From: a virus | Taxonomy: Duplodnaviria; Caudoviricetes | Virus record (IMG/VR): IMGVR_UViG_3300022602_003808 | Coordinates: 1 to 63,519 of that record | DNA: 63,519 nt | Strand: one strand, 5' to 3' | Position numbers and translations under genes: made by a program | Shown here: positions 8,898-18,523 of the stretch, in pieces | How positions within the stretch are numbered: position 1 is the stretch's first letter | Layout of the letters: every line of letters starts with the position of its first letter | The notes under the pieces: generated by a model | Seen by the model: the letters and a program-made list of their open reading frames with translations, nothing else | Database searches by the model: none | What the model was told of the DNA's origin: nothing

Positions 8898-9809
8898 TTA
8901 TCCAAATAGCTTACAGAAATCAACTAAAGCCTGGTTATTTGCTTGCTTATTAAAGGTTTTCTTCCAGTCATCTAGCTTGTCTAGAATACTATTAAACTCA
9001 AGTTCTTTACATTTCTCTTCAAAACCAGTAAAGTCTGCTTTAGATTCTAACAGTACTTTAAGTTGTTCGAGGTATAACCGAACCTCTTCTGGATATGTAG
9101 ATAAACCGTGGGCTAGGTCAACTAAAGGTAAGTTTGTTTGTATTATGCTATCGCATAGTTCTTTTGCTTTTGGTTCTTTAGCTACCCATTGTTTAGCTAG
9201 CTTTTTACCCCTAACTTTACCCACCCCTTCAATACCTTGTACGTTATCGGATTTATCACCAGCTATACATTTATAGATAACGAATTCTTTTGGGGATAAA
9301 CCGTAATGTTCTTCAAAGTTATCAACATTAACTAAAAGTTTTTTAATTGGGTTATAGAAAGAAGTATCCGCGTTAACCAATTGTGCAAAGTCGTTATCAA
9401 CACTGATAATGATTTTTTTATCGGGTATCTCTTTGCTTAACCAGCTAATAACATCATCTGCTTCTAAATTGCCAGGAAATATGTTCCTTATGCCGAGTGT
9501 GGTTGTAATTTCAACAATAGCATCAGCTTCCCCGTAAACAGCCTTATTACGTTCCTGATCTCTATTACCTTTATAAGAGCCTTCCGTAAGAGTTTTACGA
9601 AAGTTTTCTTTATTACCTAGTTTCTTATCCCAAGCAATATAAATCCGGTCAGCGTTAAATTGAGCTGCATTAGATTTAATGGTTTTAAGAAATGCAAAAA
9701 TACTGCCTGTATTAATCCCTTTCGAGTTTACTAGAGGTCTGCCTACGTTGTTTGCGATCCAATACGCCCTGTGTAGGGTGTTGTTGCCGTCTATCAAGAG
9801 CGTTGTCAT
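8898..9809 (-). CDS. rnh: T4-type RNase H / 5'-3' flap exonuclease
   Basis: LLIDGNN, YKGNR, EADD, SVDNDF and GDKSDNVQGIEGVG. Confidence 0.93.
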   Translation of the reverse strand: MTTLLIDGNNTLHRAYWIANNVGRPLVNSKGINTGSIFAFLKTIKSNAAQFNADRIYIAWDKKLGNKENFRKTLTEGSYKGNRDQERNKAVYGEADAIVEITTTLGIRNIFPGNLEADDVISWLSKEIPDKKIIISVDNDFAQLVNADTSFYNPIKKLLVNVDNFEEHYGLSPKEFVIYKCIAGDKSDNVQGIEGVGKVRGKKLAKQWVAKEPKAKELCDSIIQTNLPLVDLAHGLSTYPEEVRLYLEQLKVLLESKADFTGFEEKCKELEFNSILDKLDDWKKTFNKQANNQALVDFCKLFG

Positions 9810-10095
9810 CTTGTTTTAATTTAAGTTTATATTCTTCTAAGCAATTGTTGTATACTTTTTTCGGTAAAATATCAGCTATTTCTAGTATTTTATTTTGTAA
9901 ACCGAATTGTACATCTTTATTAGGTATAGTCCTTATGTGTCGGTCAGGCAAGCTAAAAAATACAGTATGGTCAGGAATATAGGATACAGGTACTAACCAT
10001 TCACCCTTATAAACTCCATTCAATACTACATATATGCTTCTTTCTTTAGGAAAAAAGAAGTCTTTAATTTTCTTCAGGCTCGTCTTTAAACCCAT
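9712..10095 (-). CDS. Hypothetical protein
   Basis: 127-aa ORF overlapping its neighbours. Confidence 0.6.
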   Translation of the reverse strand: MGLKTSLKKIKDFFFPKERSIYVVLNGVYKGEWLVPVSYIPDHTVFFSLPDRHIRTIPNKDVQFGLQNKILEIADILPKKVYNNCLEEYKLKLKQDDNALDRRQQHPTQGVLDRKQRRQTSSKLERD

Positions 10096-10507
10096 ATGGA
10101 TCAGCTCCGTTACTTTGCATTATGTTTTGATTTATTTTAAACATTACTCTGCGGAACCGTTCTAATAAGGCATCGTGAGAAGCTGGATCGCTAGCTGAAA
10201 CTATTTCGACTGGTTGGTTATTAAGATCGTATCCAATAAGCATATATGGTCCAAGAAACTCTTTAATCTGCATATCGAGACTATCAATTTCTCGGCGCTT
10301 TTCGTTTACAATGTTATTTTTTACTGTCTTCATAAACTCTAGCTTGGCAAGCTGTATCATTTGTTGAATATTAGCTTGCTCAGCTTGAGACATTTCAGCT
10401 GTTTGAACCGGTACCGGAGGTGTAAGGACAGGCTTAGGTTGCTCAGGAGTTGTTTCCTTTTTCTTCGTCTGAGCCTTACTACCTTTAGTTGGTTTTTTAG
10501 CGGCCAT
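10064..10507 (-). CDS. Hypothetical protein
   Basis: K/P-rich N-terminus; TAAATA upstream. Confidence 0.7.
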   Translation of the reverse strand: MAAKKPTKGSKAQTKKKETTPEQPKPVLTPPVPVQTAEMSQAEQANIQQMIQLAKLEFMKTVKNNIVNEKRREIDSLDMQIKEFLGPYMLIGYDLNNQPVEIVSASDPASHDALLERFRRVMFKINQNIMQSNGADPYGFKDEPEEN

Positions 10508-10512
10508 TAATA

Positions 10513-11238
10513 TTATTTAGTATCTCGCTCCGCGGAAGCTACAAAGTCATAAAATTCTTTACGAGTTTGTGGTTCGTTCATAAAATCCCCGGATAACTTA
10601 GAAGTGATCATCGCACAACCGTGATGCTTTACACCACGATGGCAAGCACAGGTATGAGCGCATTTAAGAATAACCGCTACACCTTGATTACCGGTACAGA
10701 GTTGATCAATTGCTTTATGTATCTGAACAGTTAAGCCTTCTTGAATTTGAGGGCGGCGAGCGTAATGCTCTACAATACGATTAAGCTTAGATAGACCAAT
10801 AACTTGACCGTTTTTATCTGGTAAATAAGCTACGTGAGCAACACCAGTAAAAGCTAAATGGTGATGAGAGCACATAGACACTACAGGTATGTTCATTTGA
10901 CTAACAATACCATCATAACCGTCTGATGGGAATGTAGTAATCTTTGGTGGGCCTTCATAACAGCCTTTAATAAGATCACATACATATGCCTTAGCTACAC
11001 GACGTGGTGTATCAGCACTATTGACGTCATTACGCCAGTCAATGCGTAGAGCATCTAAAAAGGTTGAATACGCCTCAGTTGCCTTATCGATAATTGCTTT
11101 CCTATCTTCTTCTGTAGTAATCATACTACTATTGGCAGTAGGAAGGGTTGGGTGTTTAATTTCGTTTAACATATTAAATGATTTCACAGACTTAAATCTT
11201 TCGCCCGTGGTATAACTCTGATTTGTTGTTGATTCCAT
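10513..11238 (-). CDS. folE: GTP cyclohydrolase I
   Basis: TPRRVAK, SMCSHH, GLSKLNRIV, RPQIQE and HTCACHRG. Alternative start at 11172. Confidence 0.96.
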   Translation of the reverse strand: MESTTNQSYTTGERFKSVKSFNMLNEIKHPTLPTANSSMITTEEDRKAIIDKATEAYSTFLDALRIDWRNDVNSADTPRRVAKAYVCDLIKGCYEGPPKITTFPSDGYDGIVSQMNIPVVSMCSHHHLAFTGVAHVAYLPDKNGQVIGLSKLNRIVEHYARRPQIQEGLTVQIHKAIDQLCTGNQGVAVILKCAHTCACHRGVKHHGCAMITSKLSGDFMNEPQTRKEFYDFVASAERDTK

Positions 11239-11521
11239 ATTTCACTAAATAGCTTATTATAACCTCAATTGAGTCGGTTTTCAACTTAAACTTTTCAGGT
11301 ATAAATTGACCGCCATCATATAGTTCAAAAAAGGTTTCATTAAAAAGTTCCTTGTGGTTTACGTAACAGGTACACATTACAGATGCGTTACCCGGATCAA
11401 TTAATACAGTCCAGCTACGAGGATCTGCTTCACTGTATTCATCGAATAACTTATAGACTACATAGCCTGAGTCTTTAAGTCTTTTAATAAAATAGCTTTG
11501 TGTTGTTATTTTATTGGCCAT
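11192..11521 (-). CDS. Hypothetical protein
   Basis: 109-aa ORF coupled to the clamp gene. Confidence 0.7.
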   Translation of the reverse strand: MANKITTQSYFIKRLKDSGYVVYKLFDEYSEADPRSWTVLIDPGNASVMCTCYVNHKELFNETFFELYDGGQFIPEKFKLKTDSIEVIISYLVKYGINNKSELYHGRKI

Positions 11522-12255
11522 TATTTAACTAGTCCTGAGATTACAAAAGTAAAATCAGTCTCTTCAGTCGGCTTAACGTAGAAAGACATTACTTTGAACT
11601 TTAAGTTGATACCTACTCTAGCTGTTTCAAATTTAACACCAGTTAAGATACGAAATATATCGAGATTAAATGGTATTACTTGATTAAATGGTTGGCCTTC
11701 TACATTATCGGCTACTTTAAGGCTAATATTATCTGTATTGCTCTTTTCTTTATCTCCTAGCTCACAATATACGCCATCGGTTTGACCATAAAGATAAATC
11801 TTATTGGTATCAGTAGTAAATGAACTAGCTTTTAATATTTCCTGTAGTTTCTTGGTATTAACATCAAAGAAAGTATCATTTGTAAGTGCTTCTATCTTGT
11901 CTTTCTTAAGAGTAACCTTAGGCACTACAGAATCATCTAAGAAGTGATACTTAAACTGTAATTTGCTAGTTTTATAATACAAATGATTAGATTCGATCTT
12001 AAATACAAGCTCGTCTTCATCTATACAGTCAATAACTCTTAGTAGCTTCTTGACATCACCAATATTAAGAGTGATTTCTTGATCTACATTGAATACTTTA
12101 CTATACTTTGCTAATAGAATAATACTTGTATCAGGCTTATTACAGACAGCATATAAGCCATCCTTATTGAGCTTAATAGATACGATATCTACAGCTTTAC
12201 CTATAACACTTAAAAAGTTATCGGCAAAATCTTTCTTAACCAGCTTGAGTTCCAT
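11521..12255 (-). CDS. Sliding clamp, gp45/PCNA-like
   Basis: 244 aa with a clamp-like beta/alpha pattern (LNIGDVKKLLRVID, KYHFLD) in a replication context. Confidence 0.75.
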   Translation of the reverse strand: MELKLVKKDFADNFLSVIGKAVDIVSIKLNKDGLYAVCNKPDTSIILLAKYSKVFNVDQEITLNIGDVKKLLRVIDCIDEDELVFKIESNHLYYKTSKLQFKYHFLDDSVVPKVTLKKDKIEALTNDTFFDVNTKKLQEILKASSFTTDTNKIYLYGQTDGVYCELGDKEKSNTDNISLKVADNVEGQPFNQVIPFNLDIFRILTGVKFETARVGINLKFKVMSFYVKPTEETDFTFVISGLVK

Positions 12256-12772
12256 TTGTTATCTTCGGTTTTTTTTTATTATTAGAGTCGATTAACTGAT
12301 TCACTTTATCGGTCAATATGTTAACCTTATTCTCTAATTTATCAATAGCATTTATGATATCTTCATAACGAGTTTGCTTATTTAAATCAAACTCCATTTG
12401 ATTAGGATCAGTAGGTGGTAAAACAGCTGCAGAGTTATACCCATTTGTAACTGGTTGAGCGGGTATCCATTGAGTATCTGGTGCTGGTAATGGTTGTTGT
12501 ACAGGCTGTTGAAATTGCTGAGGTTTAATACCCATAGCGGGTAAAATATGAGAAGGCATAACCTTACTCATATCTACATCACTAACCTTTAACCCACCAC
12601 CTACCCCAGCTGACTGCTTCTTAATATCGTTAAGATCGTTTTGTAAGATCTTACCGAACATAGCTGCAGCTATTAGCTCTTCGTTACCGATTTGGCTAGT
12701 AGAGACAGCTAGTCTTTGAAGCTCAGCCTCGTTGAGAGGTCTGTTCTGCTGAGGTTGTGGAGGGTTAGCCAT
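12236..12772 (-). CDS. Hypothetical protein
   Basis: Q/P-rich linker plus C-terminal coiled coil. Confidence 0.7.
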   Translation of the reverse strand: MANPPQPQQNRPLNEAELQRLAVSTSQIGNEELIAAAMFGKILQNDLNDIKKQSAGVGGGLKVSDVDMSKVMPSHILPAMGIKPQQFQQPVQQPLPAPDTQWIPAQPVTNGYNSAAVLPPTDPNQMEFDLNKQTRYEDIINAIDKLENKVNILTDKVNQLIDSNNKKKPKITNGTQAG

Positions 12773-13677
12773 TATAGATTATCTAAACCGTTAAGAATAT
12801 CTAAAACCTTGCTATCATTAGATTCTACAACATCTACCTTTTTAAGAGCAGCTGCTTGTGGAGTTGCTTTTACTGGTGTAGTATATGGAACATCTTCTTC
12901 CTCTTCTACTACAGGCGCTGCAACAGGAGCAGCTTCAGCATTACCGTAATAGTGTTGGTCAATAAAAGCTTTGATTTCTTCGCTAGACTTACGTTCTACG
13001 AAAGTATTAAGATCATAGATATTGTTATAGGTCTCTTGAATCTTACTTTCATCTAGGCCTTCAATAGCAGATGGATTTAAGAACTTAGAAGCTGTATAAG
13101 TTGGGTACTTAGGTGCACCTGGCTTATCAGATACTAACTCTACTTTAATACGTAAGTTACATCCTTCGTCACTTAGATCAAAGATCTTAGCACCGAACTC
13201 ATCTGAATCGTCACCGTTAATAGCAGACTGAATAATCTTGTCTAATTGTTTACCGTAACGAAGTACTTTAATAGTACCGTTGTTTTCTGGCTTTTTAGGA
13301 TCGTTTACAACGTAAACGTTTACTAACCAGTTTTCTTTGCGGCGTAAGTTAGCCTTAGCACGTTCTTTCTCTGCATCTGTACCATCGCGAAGTACCTTAA
13401 AGTACAATTCACTCACAGGACAACGATCACCCCAGGTAGAAGGAGAGGTGATACTAGCATACTGACCAGTATCAATACTATTCCAACCGTGATGAAAGTA
13501 ATGTAAGATTGTCTCTTCAGGGTTCTTAATATTAGGTAATAATCTTACTGTGTAAGGTTTCTCGCCTGGTTCTAGTTGTAGCAGATTACGATAAGCTGAA
13601 CTACCACCGGTTTTTGTCTTTGCTTTGTCTAGAGCACTTTTAATGCTTTCGAACATATTTGAGTTATAAGGTTTCAT
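12772..13677 (-). CDS. Single-stranded DNA-binding protein gp32
   Basis: VRLLP, CPV, NVYVVNDPKKPENNG, YGKQL and YPTYTASKF, with an acidic tail. Confidence 0.92.
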   Translation of the reverse strand: MKPYNSNMFESIKSALDKAKTKTGGSSAYRNLLQLEPGEKPYTVRLLPNIKNPEETILHYFHHGWNSIDTGQYASITSPSTWGDRCPVSELYFKVLRDGTDAEKERAKANLRRKENWLVNVYVVNDPKKPENNGTIKVLRYGKQLDKIIQSAINGDDSDEFGAKIFDLSDEGCNLRIKVELVSDKPGAPKYPTYTASKFLNPSAIEGLDESKIQETYNNIYDLNTFVERKSSEEIKAFIDQHYYGNAEAAPVAAPVVEEEEDVPYTTPVKATPQAAALKKVDVVESNDSKVLDILNGLDNL

Positions 13678-13695
13678 AATTTTATATGATATGTT

Positions 13696-13723
13696 ATATT
13701 AGTATGTTATTATTTTTTATCAA
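13696..13723 (-). promoter_or_regulatory. Sigma70-like promoter of gp32
   Basis: TTGATA-16-TAATAT. Confidence 0.65.
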
Positions 13724-14354
13724 GCGAAATATTATTAATTCTCTTTAATCCTTCCGTAATAATTTTTTTAGCCTTGGAAGAATTGTTTAATCGCATTTTA
13801 AACTTGGTTATATCTGTGTAAATGTTCTTTAAATAGAGTTCTTTATCTTGTATTTGTAAGCTATCAAATATAGTGTCAAAGCAAGGCAAGGCAAGAAGCA
13901 CATACAGGTTTACATTTTTATTATTGTAATCCTCTAAGCATCTCCAGGTATATCCAGCTTTAGCGTTTTGATACTGCTTTAGAGTTAGATTTTCATTGAC
14001 ACAAATTGTGGCAATGTGCTTTAAGGATGCAAGAATATGTTTAATGTGGCCATCAGTATCGGGTAATTCTTCTTGTCTCTGTTTTTGTAAGAGAGAATAA
14101 CAGGCAATGGCTTTTTGCGTGAGGTAGAAGTTGAGCGGGAAGTGTTCTTCGTCTTTGTAGATGACATATGGTGCTAATAAAAAATCTTTAATATTAATTT
14201 GTGGAAAGCGTTTAAAGAACATATCCAATCGTAAGCAAAGTATTCCATCTGGGGTTTTATCAAACCCTTCGAAATCCTTACGCGCTTTCCAGGGCTTGTT
14301 CATATGCCCTCTAGATACGCTTAAATATGTATTGTAAACTTGTTCAACGCTCAT
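13710..14354 (-). CDS. Possible gp59-like helicase loader
   Basis: 214 aa directly upstream of gp32, as in T4. VYNTYL...HMN resembles the gp59 N-terminus. Confidence 0.45.
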   Translation of the reverse strand: MSVEQVYNTYLSVSRGHMNKPWKARKDFEGFDKTPDGILCLRLDMFFKRFPQINIKDFLLAPYVIYKDEEHFPLNFYLTQKAIACYSLLQKQRQEELPDTDGHIKHILASLKHIATICVNENLTLKQYQNAKAGYTWRCLEDYNNKNVNLYVLLALPCFDTIFDSLQIQDKELYLKNIYTDITKFKMRLNNSSKAKKIITEGLKRINNISLDKK

Positions 14355-14360
14355 TAAGAG

Positions 14361-14666
14361 CTATGATTTTAATATCTTTCTCACTACTTTGCTACGGCAA
14401 AGATTGGAATTGTACTTGAGAAATAGTAGTATTGCTTCTCTTTCACTATCAGTATCAGTTAATTCCATAAAAATCTTACGATACAATTTATTTTTGACTA
14501 TTAGTGAAAATATGGTAACGTTATTAAGTTTCTTATTATATATAACCGAACAAAATGAACCGAACTTAATAAGCTCAATTTCAAGCTCATCTCTAGCCAC
14601 TTGGCTTAGAGGGTTTTCTAGAACTGCTTCTTGTAATGCTCCTACTATACCAGACATATTACGCAA
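14361..14666 (-). CDS. Hypothetical protein
   Basis: ORF in the replication operon. Confidence 0.6.
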   Translation of the reverse strand: MRNMSGIVGALQEAVLENPLSQVARDELEIELIKFGSFCSVIYNKKLNNVTIFSLIVKNKLYRKIFMELTDTDSEREAILLFLKYNSNLCRSKVVRKILKS

Positions 14667-15570
14667 CAGGCGTGAGTAGTTTGGTGAAATTCATAAAAGC
14701 TTCTGTAACTTTTCCACCCGCTGCGTATTCGTGACCTCCCCCATCACATAATTTTGCAGCTAACTTTGATAAGTCTACTTCACATTTCTTATTTTTGCGG
14801 AACGATACGTGTGAGTTATCTGCATTGACAAAAAATACAATGTCAGCTGGGTGGGTGTTTAACATATGATCGCAAATTTCGTTAACAAATTTATTACCGT
14901 GAGTGCCATACACTACACGCTCTTTTCCTGCTACTGATACTTTACCTGCAAATAATTGCAAATCAGATATAGCTTTATTTTTACGGTCTACGAATTCTTT
15001 TATTATGGCTTTTTCTTGCCTGTTAAATGGTATAAAACCATCAAAGTACTTCTCTAAAAATAATTCAGCTCGGGCTTTTGTAGAGGTTTTTTGAGTATTG
15101 GTGTAAAGACAGTTCAGTTCGTATGATTCTGGTAGTTTAAACTGATAGCAATCGTAATCATCTGCTAAGGCAATAAAATACTTTTGCTCTGATTTTAGTT
15201 TAACTTTATCTTTATACGTATTGTAAATTAATTTTGCACAGCTTGTTGTTTCTACAACAGTTACTTTAGCGTTTTTATAAACATTTAAAGCTTTAACGTG
15301 AGTAAGATGATGGTCTATAATTTCTATATTTTTTCTGTCAACTAAATCTGCGTGCTTAGAAATGTCTAAGTCTAAAATATAGATTTTGTCAAAATCATTA
15401 ATATTGTTTTGATCTAACCAGGTTAAAAACTCTCTACGAAAATTCGATACAGTAGTTGTTTTAAAAGCAATCTGGCCTGGTTTAGCACCAAGTGCCCAAT
15501 GTAACATTGTTAACGAGGCAACTCCGTCTAAATCAAAATCGGTAAAAACGTATATCTTGTTAAAGCTCAC
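14659..15570 (-). CDS. DHH/DHHA1 phosphoesterase
   Basis: DFDLDG, ILD, IDHH, SFR and GGGH..AAG. Confidence 0.9.
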   Translation of the reverse strand: MSFNKIYVFTDFDLDGVASLTMLHWALGAKPGQIAFKTTTVSNFRREFLTWLDQNNINDFDKIYILDLDISKHADLVDRKNIEIIDHHLTHVKALNVYKNAKVTVVETTSCAKLIYNTYKDKVKLKSEQKYFIALADDYDCYQFKLPESYELNCLYTNTQKTSTKARAELFLEKYFDGFIPFNRQEKAIIKEFVDRKNKAISDLQLFAGKVSVAGKERVVYGTHGNKFVNEICDHMLNTHPADIVFFVNADNSHVSFRKNKKCEVDLSKLAAKLCDGGGHEYAAGGKVTEAFMNFTKLLTPVA

Positions 15571-15576
15571 TATTAT

Positions 15577-16938
15577 CTATTTAACCGGTCGGCTTATATT
15601 TTCCAGCTTATTTTCTATATCCATAACAGCATCTAAACCACCACCGGATTTGTTACCTGTCAGCCCTATATAACCTTTCTCTTCAGTTAAAGAAAGCGTG
15701 GTATAGTCAATACGCATTGCAGTAGCACCGTGCTTAGGACCTAAACGATTCTTTACACCGGATACCTTAATAATACCAAGATCTTGGTCTCCTTCTTCTT
15801 GATATATAGCCCACACAACGTCTGCAGTAAAAGCCACACCTAATGATTCTGATACAGTATCTAGGCTTGGTTTCTCCATACCTTCCCGGTTAGTTTGAAT
15901 AGCACTAACAACAGGCATATTAAAAAAGTATGATAATGCTCTTAATTCTTCTGCAGCTACTTTACCTTGCTCGTAAGAGTTATCACCTTGAGACGCCTTT
16001 ATTAGTCCAAGATAGTCTATAACGAGTATATCCGGTTTTATCCCAGCCTTTACTAAAGACTCAAGATAAGCCTTAATACCTGCTACAGTAATGGATTTCG
16101 GTGGGAATTCCTTAATTATTAGCTTACGCTTATGACTGTCTGTAACTCCCTTAAAATATGTATCTAAAGATGTAATTTGATTTTGAATATTGTTGATAGG
16201 GATTTTAGAAAGGTGACTACTAATACGTTTAGCGTACATCATTTCAGGCATTTCAAGAGATATAAGAACAGTTGTTAAACCTCTATTAGCTATATTAGCA
16301 GCCACATTACCTAGAAAGATAGACTTACCCACATTAGTTGGACCCAAAAACAAATAAAGTGCTCTACCGTTTTTCATTAAACCACCACCAATCTTGTCGT
16401 CAATAAAGCCCCAACCAGTGGGTATAGTTTCATTCTTAGTGCCTAACTCTACAATAATTTTTTCATAGTCACCGAAAAAGTCTAAACCAATATCACTTAC
16501 TAGAGATATGTTACAAGCTTTTTCAAACCAAGATAAAAACTTAGGATAATCTGCTTTCTCTTTTGAGACATCATCTACAATTTTTAATACAGTATTGTAT
16601 ACAGCTTTTTCCTTAAAAAATTGTTCAGTATTAGCAATAAGTTCCTCCATATTGAGGTTATTATCATACTGCTTATACGTAGTTACAGTATCTTTGAATA
16701 GTTTTATATCTTCTTCTTTACTAAGATATGTTTTAATCTCAGTAATAGTAGGCAGTACTCTACGCTTACTATAGAAGTCTTTAATTATATTTATAACTAG
16801 CCTATTACCAGGATTCTTAAATGCATCTGGTGTTAAATGCTCTAACACCAGAGAGGTGTAATAAGCATTAGTTAAACATTGACAGGCTACAATGTTTTCA
16901 AAGAAATCGCTATTAACTAGAAGATTATTTTTCTTCAT
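15577..16938 (-). CDS. Replicative helicase gp41 (DnaB-like)
   Basis: GPTNVGKS, SLEM, IKEFP, VIDY, QTNR and KNR. Confidence 0.95.
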   Translation of the reverse strand: MKKNNLLVNSDFFENIVACQCLTNAYYTSLVLEHLTPDAFKNPGNRLVINIIKDFYSKRRVLPTITEIKTYLSKEEDIKLFKDTVTTYKQYDNNLNMEELIANTEQFFKEKAVYNTVLKIVDDVSKEKADYPKFLSWFEKACNISLVSDIGLDFFGDYEKIIVELGTKNETIPTGWGFIDDKIGGGLMKNGRALYLFLGPTNVGKSIFLGNVAANIANRGLTTVLISLEMPEMMYAKRISSHLSKIPINNIQNQITSLDTYFKGVTDSHKRKLIIKEFPPKSITVAGIKAYLESLVKAGIKPDILVIDYLGLIKASQGDNSYEQGKVAAEELRALSYFFNMPVVSAIQTNREGMEKPSLDTVSESLGVAFTADVVWAIYQEEGDQDLGIIKVSGVKNRLGPKHGATAMRIDYTTLSLTEEKGYIGLTGNKSGGGLDAVMDIENKLENISRPVK

Positions 16939-16961
16939 AACTTAATTATATATTATAAAAT

Positions 16962-16990
16962 AAAAAAGGCTAAGGTTTCCCTTAGCCTTT
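16962..16990 (-). terminator. Intrinsic terminator after uvsX
   Basis: AAAGGCTAAGG-GAAA-CCTTAGCCTTT followed by a U-tract. Confidence 0.85.
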
Positions 16991-16994
16991 CTTT

Positions 16995-18131
16995 TTATTC
17001 TTTTGTAAGCTCTTCAGCTTCGTCTATAACCGGGTTACTTGACCCGTACCCGACCTTCTCTTTAAGAGTCTGTTCGAGTAACGGTAGTACCTTATCGTCC
17101 CAAAACTTAGTATCGTTTTCCCAAGTCTTTCTATAACCAATCTTCTCACCATTTAACTGGAAAGTAGAACCGGTTTGTGTAATGACACCAAACGCTACAG
17201 CCATATCCGCTAAACCAGCATACCGGCTTAAACCAGTACGAAAGTTATTGTACAGTTCCGCTTTTAAGAAAGCAGGTACAAAGCGGTTCTTGACTGTCAT
17301 TGCTGACAATGTAACACCGCTAACGTTATGTGCTACTGCGATCGATTCTTCTCCTTCGTTTTTGTCGATTTTTTCGTTTCGAGTTGCAAGCTGAACCAGC
17401 AAAGAAGCAAGATAAATAGGGCCACTACCACCGGACTGGCGCTTAACCAGTTCAGGATATAATGAAGTTGGGTTATCATAAATATGATTAGTAAACAGAA
17501 TAGGCACACGAGCTTTAGCTGCTTTGAACGTGAGTGCACGCATCATAGACTTCATAGCTTTAGCCTTAGTGCCCATATCTGCTGCATCCTTACCTTCAGT
17601 CACGTCGCGTAATTCTTTAGCACTCGCTAAGTTACCAAGACTATCAATAGCAATAATAACCTTTAAATTAGGATCATTAGCTGCAATAATCTTATCTAAG
17701 AATGTAGCAATTTGGTTACGGCAATCTTCTACTGTTTCTACTGGATAGTACTTTAGACGCTTAGGGTCAATACCAACGCCCTCAGCAGACTGTTTGTCCA
17801 CAGCTGCCTCTGTATCCCATACAGCAGCGAAATAACCCTTCTTTTGTGCATTAGCAATGATCTTATTAACAATGAGCGTCTTGCCTGCACCGGAAGGACC
17901 GGAGAAACCAGTAACCCTACCAACAGGAATACCTTTATATAAAGATCCAGAAAATATAGCATTAAGCGCATAAGAACCTGTGTCAATCCAGTCGTTTACT
18001 ATAGATAATGAATTGTCATCTGAAAGCAGAGACGCATCTGCATTCAGTGCGTCTACTGCCTCAAAAATGTCTTTCATTGACGAAGCTTTTGTTTCGTCAT
18101 TATTATCATCTGTACGTGGTTTACGTGCCAT
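16995..18131 (-). CDS. uvsX: RecA-like recombinase UvsX
   Basis: IDTGSYALN, GPSGAGKT, DTE, IDSLG, SGG and KNR. Confidence 0.95.
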   Translation of the reverse strand: MARKPRTDDNNDETKASSMKDIFEAVDALNADASLLSDDNSLSIVNDWIDTGSYALNAIFSGSLYKGIPVGRVTGFSGPSGAGKTLIVNKIIANAQKKGYFAAVWDTEAAVDKQSAEGVGIDPKRLKYYPVETVEDCRNQIATFLDKIIAANDPNLKVIIAIDSLGNLASAKELRDVTEGKDAADMGTKAKAMKSMMRALTFKAAKARVPILFTNHIYDNPTSLYPELVKRQSGGSGPIYLASLLVQLATRNEKIDKNEGEESIAVAHNVSGVTLSAMTVKNRFVPAFLKAELYNNFRTGLSRYAGLADMAVAFGVITQTGSTFQLNGEKIGYRKTWENDTKFWDDKVLPLLEQTLKEKVGYGSSNPVIDEAEELTKE

Positions 18132-18136
18132 ATAGA

Positions 18137-18487
18137 TTATTCGTCAAATAGCTTAACTACCGGTGCGTTAGAATCTGGTGTAGGTGCAGATATATTGTTT
18201 GCCTGGAACATTTGAGTGTATTGTGAAAGGAGGTTAGGTTCAACCTGAGCATCACTTAATACAATAGCAGATTTCGCATATGTCCAGTTAGGAAATACAT
18301 CACGATCAGCAGCAAATTCTCTGAAAAACAACGGATATAACTGTACCTGTAATTTCTTGTCTTGTGTTGGAGATACATTTAAGATTACTGGCTTAGTTAC
18401 AGTAATTGTTGCATCATCTTGCTTTACAAGCGTGGCAACAATAGTGCGTTGAATATTATCTAAGAATACAATTAGGTCTGAGTTCAT
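18137..18487 (-). CDS. Hypothetical protein
   Basis: 116-aa ORF with promoter TTGATT-16-TAATAT (18494-18521). Confidence 0.7.
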   Translation of the reverse strand: MNSDLIVFLDNIQRTIVATLVKQDDATITVTKPVILNVSPTQDKKLQVQLYPLFFREFAADRDVFPNWTYAKSAIVLSDAQVEPNLLSQYTQMFQANNISAPTPDSNAPVVKLFDE

Positions 18488-18523
18488 ATAGTTATATTAA
18501 TATAGTTTTTGTTTTAATCAAGG

